64,000 nucleotides of DNA. Source: an uncultured Oscillospiraceae bacterium. Lineage in GTDB: Bacteria > Bacillota > Clostridia > Oscillospirales > Oscillospiraceae. The notes below the pieces were generated by a model that had not been told where the DNA came from, searched no databases, and was given only the letters and a program-made list of their open reading frames with translations. The position numbers and the translations under genes were made by a program. Location of the stretch: the NCBI GenBank assembly GCA_947625045.1, contig CANQMW010000015.1:1429-65428 (forward strand). Reading direction: 5' to 3'. Shown here piece after piece: positions 59,161-64,000 of the stretch; position 1 is the first letter of the stretch, and every line of letters starts with the position of its first letter.

Positions 59161-60852
59161 TCAGTCCGCCGCAACGGCGTAGGCCTCCAGGATGGCGGGG
59201 TCGGTCCCCTCCTCCGGCAGGGCGTGGGAGATGGTCACCTCATCGCCCTCGCTGAGGACGATGACGTTCCTGTCCTGGGCGGCGGAGACGGCGTAGAACA
59301 CGTCCTCGCCCTTGAGACGGATATAGTACCAGCTTGTGCCCTCCAGCACCGCCGTGCGTATCTCCTCAACGACGCCCTTTGCCTCGCCCTGCTCCTCGGG
59401 CAGGCCGCCGCCGGTGACCACACTGCGCTCGTTGAGAAGGTTTACATAAGTTCTCTCGCAGGCGGACACCGTGGAGCCGGTGGCCACGATCTGATACTGG
59501 GCCACGTTCACCATGGCGTAGCTCTTCACCAGGTTGGTGGCGTCCATGAGGGGAATGAAGTAGGTGGGCTGGCCGGAGATGTTGAGCAGCAGCGGGAACG
59601 TGGCCGTGTAGCCCAGGTCCTGGACCACGCCCATGGCGGAGGCCCGGGCGGCCGCCTCGGTGGCGCCGGGGGCCACGTAGTACTTCGTCTCCTTAGTGCG
59701 CATATTGCATAGCAGGAACCCCAGGTTGGACTGGTCCGCGTTGGCGCTGGTGACGCCGGTATAGACGTACACGTCGTCGTTCATGGCGATATAGTTATAC
59801 CCGTCCGTGGTCATGGTCACGTCCCGCTGGCCCAGGATGGAGTTGATGAAGCCCCGGACCAGGGTGCCGTGGTAGTCATACTGCTCCATGATGAGCTGGG
59901 GGGTGTAGAGGGTGTCCACCCAGGTGGGCACGGTCTCATAATACTCGCTCTCGCCGGTGACCGCGTCCATGAGCACCGCGCCCTGGATGTCCCGGCCGCC
60001 GAAGAGGCCGATGGTCTTCACCAGCCGCGGCGCGATCCACCAGGGATGACCTTCCTCGTCGATCTCGAATTCCGGCGTGGAGAACATCATTGTGGGATAC
60101 TGGAACCGCAGATGGCGCAGCACGTTCCGGTTCAGAGGTTCGGAGAAGGAGTACTTCATCCCCTCTCCCGCCGGCAGGCGCACCACGCTGGCCTCCTGGG
60201 TCACCATGTCCACCACCACATAGGCGGGCAGGCCAGTGCCCCGGTTGGTGAACCATTTGAACAGGTCCGCATACCCAATAGGGGCCACCCGCACGGGCCG
60301 GCCCTGGTAGTTTATTTGGGTGGAATCGTTGGAGTACTCGAATTGGCTCACCATGTCGGACAGCGTGCCCATCTGCCGGTCGCCCAGGTAGTTGGCGCTG
60401 GTCCTGTCCAGGGTGGGTATCTCGTTGAAGGAGATCTGGGCCACATCCTCGGCGAAGTCCCCGGTCTGCACGTCCAAGAGCTCCCGGTAGGCCCCGGCAC
60501 GGAACATGGGCAGGGATATGACCTTGCCCACGAGGGCCGCCAGCAGCACCAGCGCCAGGGCGATGCCCACGGGCAGGCAGTGGGTCTTGATGAAGGCGAA
60601 GCCGCCCTTGATCTTCCCCTTCACCGACGCGTCGTCCAAAAGCCCGGAGATGCCCGTCGTCAGCACCACGCAGGCGATATAGACCACGCACAGGAAGATG
60701 AGGAAGCCGTAGAATTCCCCGTCGTGCAGGTTGATGGCCGGCAGGGACACATAGAAGTACACGAAGCCCGCCAGGACCGTGATGAGGATGCAGAAGACCG
60801 TCCTTCCCACCCGGCCCTTGGGCAGATGGAACCCGTGCTTTTTCCCGTCCAT
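59161..60852 (-). CDS. Membrane protein of unknown function (3-4 N-terminal TM plus a large extracytoplasmic domain)
   Basis: Start MDGKKHGF, with GGGAGGAAA upstream. Co-oriented with and adjacent to the peptidase gene. Confidence 0.6.
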   Translation of the reverse strand: MDGKKHGFHLPKGRVGRTVFCILITVLAGFVYFYVSLPAINLHDGEFYGFLIFLCVVYIACVVLTTGISGLLDDASVKGKIKGGFAFIKTHCLPVGIALALVLLAALVGKVISLPMFRAGAYRELLDVQTGDFAEDVAQISFNEIPTLDRTSANYLGDRQMGTLSDMVSQFEYSNDSTQINYQGRPVRVAPIGYADLFKWFTNRGTGLPAYVVVDMVTQEASVVRLPAGEGMKYSFSEPLNRNVLRHLRFQYPTMMFSTPEFEIDEEGHPWWIAPRLVKTIGLFGGRDIQGAVLMDAVTGESEYYETVPTWVDTLYTPQLIMEQYDYHGTLVRGFINSILGQRDVTMTTDGYNYIAMNDDVYVYTGVTSANADQSNLGFLLCNMRTKETKYYVAPGATEAAARASAMGVVQDLGYTATFPLLLNISGQPTYFIPLMDATNLVKSYAMVNVAQYQIVATGSTVSACERTYVNLLNERSVVTGGGLPEEQGEAKGVVEEIRTAVLEGTSWYYIRLKGEDVFYAVSAAQDRNVIVLSEGDEVTISHALPEEGTDPAILEAYAVAAD

Positions 60853-61042
60853 AAGCGTTTCCTCCCGTATCAGCTGTCTTTTTCTGTATTTCACCACATC
60901 TTTCTGTATTTTACCACATCCGGCCTCTTCTTACAACCGGCAGGGCCCGCGCATTTTATGTTGCAATCCGCCGTACATATATGTTAATATATAAGTTAAA
61001 GGTCCGGCGGACCGGACCCATAAAAAAGCAATTGGGAGTCCT

Positions 61043-63604
61043 ATGAAAGCTAAACAGCAGAAAAAGAATCGTATCAGCCCCTGGGACGCGGCGGTCATCG
61101 GCGTACTGCTGGCGTTCGTGTTCGTGTCCTTTTACCTGTTCATCCGGGACAACCGGGCGCGCATCCTGGCCCAGAACGACAGCTTCATCCAGGCCGCCAC
61201 AAGGCAGAAGGCGGACAGGCTGGACGATCTGGTGGACACAGCGATGATGGACGCCCAGGCCATGGCCCACCTCTATGGCCAGACGCTGACGGAGCCCAAG
61301 GTGGAGCCCGGCATGCTGGAGGACCTCACGGCCCGGACCAACTTCGACTACGCCGAGTTCATCGGCAAAAACGGCATGGACCTCACCGCCGACGGCAAGA
61401 GCGTGGACCTTTCCGACCGGGATTACTTCCAGGACGGCATGAAGGGAAATTCCGCCCAGATCATCCTCTACCACTCCCGCGTCACCGATGAGACCCTTCT
61501 CATCTCCTACGCCCCGTTCTACTATGAGGATGAGATCATCGGCGTGCTCAGCTGCATCATGAAGGAGAGCACCGTCATGGACGTGCTGGGCGCCAACTAT
61601 CTGGGCGTGCAGGGCGACACCTATCTGCTGGACCGGGAGGGCCGCATCCTCTTCACCACCAGCGCCGGCACGCCGGGCGTCGACCTTATCCAGTCCATGG
61701 CCCGGGGCGGGTATATCAACAGCGAGACCATGCGGGCCTTTAAGTCGGTGCTGAGCACGGACAACGACATCGATGAGGTCAGCATCAACTATGAGGGCAC
61801 CAGCGGCGCCGGCAACGCCTATATCACCACGCTCCATGACGGCCGGTGGGTGCTGATGCAGACCCTGTCCTCCACCGCGACCACCGATATGGCCCGGGGA
61901 GCCAACACCCTCGCCTTCCGGCTGGCGATATCCCTTGCGGCCGCGTTTTTGGTCTATGTCATCTACCTGATCGTGAAAAACTGGCTGCAAAGGCGGCAGC
62001 TGGAAGAGGAAAAGCAGGCCGTGACCCAGATCGTGGACGCGGTCACCTCCCTATTCGCCCGGTTCATCCTGGTGGACTACGAGAAGGATACATACGAGTA
62101 CTTGAAGCAGGACGACGTCCTGACCATCCCGGACAAGGGTTCGTTTAAGAAGCTGATGGCCCACCTCTCCCCCATGTACGTGGAGGACGGGGAGCGGATG
62201 ACCGCTTTCGTGTCCCCGGACTATGTGCGGGAGCACCTCACCGAGGACGTGCCCTACCTGCAGACCGAGTACCAGCTGGACGCCGGCGGCGCCCGCCGGT
62301 GGGAGAACCTGTCCATCCTGTGCCTGCGCCGGGAGGACGGCGTGCCCGTGGGCGTGCTGTACGCCATCCAGGACGTGACCGTGCTGAAGGAGCGGGAGCT
62401 GGAGATCCGGGCCGCCATGCAGGAGGCCTCCGACGCGGCCCAGGCCGCCAACCGGGCCAAGAGCGACTTCCTCGCCCGCATGAGCCACGATATCCGCACC
62501 CCTATGAACGCCATCATGGGCATGACGGCGGTTGCCGCCATGCACCTGGACGAGCCGGAGCGGCTCAAGGACTGCCTGAACAAGATCACCATCGCCAGCC
62601 GCCATCTTCTGGCGCTCATCAACGACGTGCTGGACATGTCCAAGATCGAGAGCGGCAAGGCCACCTTGGACGAGGCGCCCTTCACCGTGCCCGACGTGGT
62701 CCGGAGCGTGCAGACCATCATCCAGCCCCAGGCGGACAGGAAGGACCAGCAGCTGGAGGTCATCACCGAGGCGCTGGAGCACCCCGCCGTGGTGGGCGAC
62801 GCCCCCCGCATCCAGCAGGTGCTGGTGAATATCCTGGGCAATGCCGTGAAGTTCACCCCCGAGGGCGGGCATATCACCTTCTCCGTCCGGGAGCTCAGCT
62901 CCACGGTCCATGGCATGGGCTGTTACCGGTTCGTCTGCAGGGACAACGGCATGGGCATGGACGAGCAGTTCATCAAGACCATCTTCGAGCCCTTCACCCG
63001 GGCCGATAACTCCGCCACCCGGAATATCGAGGGCACGGGCCTGGGCATGAGCATCACCCGCAGCATCGTGCAGATGATGGAGGGCGACATCCGGGTGGAG
63101 AGCAAGCCCGGCCAGGGCTCCACCTTCACCGTGGAGATACACTTAAAGCTCCAGGACAGCGGCCGGCAGACCGCCCCCGCCGGGGAGGAGCCGGAGCTGG
63201 GAGAGGACCTTTCCGAACCCTCCTTCGAGGGCAAGCGGGTGCTGCTGGTGGAGGACAACGAGCTCAACCGGGAGATCGCCGAGGAGCTCCTCACCGCCAT
63301 GGGCGTCACGGTGGAGCAGGCGGAGGACGGCAAACAGGCCGTGGACATGGTGTCCCAGGCCCCGCCTCACTATTACGACCTGGTGCTCATGGACGTGCAG
63401 ATGCCCGTCATGAACGGCTACGAGGCCGCCCGGGCCATCCGGGCTCTGGACCGGCCCGACGCCGGGGAGCTTCCTATGGTGGCCATGACCGCCAACGCCT
63501 TCGCCACGGACATCCGCGCGGCCCTGGACGCGGGCATGAACGGCCACCTGGCCAAGCCCGTGGAGGTGGCGAAGCTGGCCCAGACGCTGAAGCGCTGGCT
63601 GTGA
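61043..63604 (+). CDS. Hybrid sensor histidine kinase/response regulator with a periplasmic Cache-like sensor
   Basis: Two TM segments flank a ~270-aa sensor. H-box FLARMSHDIRTPMNAIMG, G-box GTGLGMSI and a C-terminal REC domain (LVLMDVQMPVMNG) are present. Confidence 0.85.
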   Translation: MKAKQQKKNRISPWDAAVIGVLLAFVFVSFYLFIRDNRARILAQNDSFIQAATRQKADRLDDLVDTAMMDAQAMAHLYGQTLTEPKVEPGMLEDLTARTNFDYAEFIGKNGMDLTADGKSVDLSDRDYFQDGMKGNSAQIILYHSRVTDETLLISYAPFYYEDEIIGVLSCIMKESTVMDVLGANYLGVQGDTYLLDREGRILFTTSAGTPGVDLIQSMARGGYINSETMRAFKSVLSTDNDIDEVSINYEGTSGAGNAYITTLHDGRWVLMQTLSSTATTDMARGANTLAFRLAISLAAAFLVYVIYLIVKNWLQRRQLEEEKQAVTQIVDAVTSLFARFILVDYEKDTYEYLKQDDVLTIPDKGSFKKLMAHLSPMYVEDGERMTAFVSPDYVREHLTEDVPYLQTEYQLDAGGARRWENLSILCLRREDGVPVGVLYAIQDVTVLKERELEIRAAMQEASDAAQAANRAKSDFLARMSHDIRTPMNAIMGMTAVAAMHLDEPERLKDCLNKITIASRHLLALINDVLDMSKIESGKATLDEAPFTVPDVVRSVQTIIQPQADRKDQQLEVITEALEHPAVVGDAPRIQQVLVNILGNAVKFTPEGGHITFSVRELSSTVHGMGCYRFVCRDNGMGMDEQFIKTIFEPFTRADNSATRNIEGTGLGMSITRSIVQMMEGDIRVESKPGQGSTFTVEIHLKLQDSGRQTAPAGEEPELGEDLSEPSFEGKRVLLVEDNELNREIAEELLTAMGVTVEQAEDGKQAVDMVSQAPPHYYDLVLMDVQMPVMNGYEAARAIRALDRPDAGELPMVAMTANAFATDIRAALDAGMNGHLAKPVEVAKLAQTLKRWL

Positions 63605-63617
63605 CCGGGAGGGCGCT

Positions 63618-64000
63618 ATGTTCAACAAGGGAAAGATCCTGATCGTCGACGACTCCGAGATGAACCGCTCCATCCTGGCGGACATGCTGGAGGAGGAGTA
63701 CGTCATCCTGGAGGCGGAGGACGGAGAGCAGGCCGTCTCCGTCCTGGAGGAGCGCCACGAGGAGATAGCCCTGGTGCTCCTGGACATCGTCATGCCCCGG
63801 ATGGACGGCTTCGGCGTCCTGGAGACCATGAACCGGCGGGACTGGATCGAGGACGTGCCCGTCATCATGATATCCGCCGAGAGCGGCTCCGCCTCCGTGG
63901 CCCGGGCCTACGACATGGGCGTCACCGACTTCATCGCCCGGCCCTTCGACGCGCTCATTGTGCGAAAGCGCGTGGTCAACACCCTGCTTCTCTACGCCAA
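63618..64000 (+). CDS. Response regulator receiver domain protein, 3'-truncated by window edge
   Basis: KILIVDDSEMNR...LVLLDIVMPRMDG...VIMISA is a REC pattern. The output domain lies beyond the window. Confidence 0.8.
   Translation, partial: MFNKGKILIVDDSEMNRSILADMLEEEYVILEAEDGEQAVSVLEERHEEIALVLLDIVMPRMDGFGVLETMNRRDWIEDVPVIMISAESGSASVARAYDMGVTDFIARPFDALIVRKRVVNTLLLYA

Noticed and set aside
1-64000. Scan of intergenic regions for tRNA, rRNA, riboswitch-like leaders and IS elements
   Set aside because: I recognised no cloverleaf-compatible sequences, rRNA signatures or transposase genes. A covariance-model scan would be needed to exclude small RNAs.

Overview
High-GC Firmicutes/Clostridia-like chromosome segment with four blocks. 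(1) 1-17.2 kb is housekeeping and glycan use: tandem DAACS-type symporter paralogs with an extra N-terminal domain, a methyltransferase-STAS fusion, an esterase, a MATE pump, ferritin, and a LysR regulator divergent from a HAD/GH3/GH3/GH2/GPH-transporter operon. (2) 17.3-19.4 kb holds an orphan gene pair and a long non-coding stretch. (3) 19.4-39.4 kb is one long minus-strand, translationally coupled teichoic-acid-like glycopolymer operon. It has two TagF-like polymerases, GT4, an IspD-kinase fusion, aldolase, nucleotidyltransferases and a GtrA/GT2/YfhO decoration module. Unusually, its first genes encode integrase-fold proteins that lack the nucleophile segment. (4) 39.5-58.5 kb is a probable integrative mobilizable element: tyrosine recombinase, XRE, Spo0A_C-like, SASP-like, MobA/L relaxase, sigma-like protein and a large serine recombinase. 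It carries a visibly AT-richer defence cassette. The most interesting feature is a type I R-M operon (hsdM-hsdS-TIR-hsdR-RES). A TIR-domain gene sits in the slot that PrrC occupies in EcoprrI, and an orphan RES-domain gene overlaps the hsdR stop. A Shedu-like DUF4263 gene and an AAA/DUF4143-type ATPase follow. The window ends with a C39-like peptidase, a membrane protein, a hybrid histidine kinase and a partial response regulator. I found no rRNA, tRNA or CRISPR. All family calls come from motif reading by eye; no searches were run.
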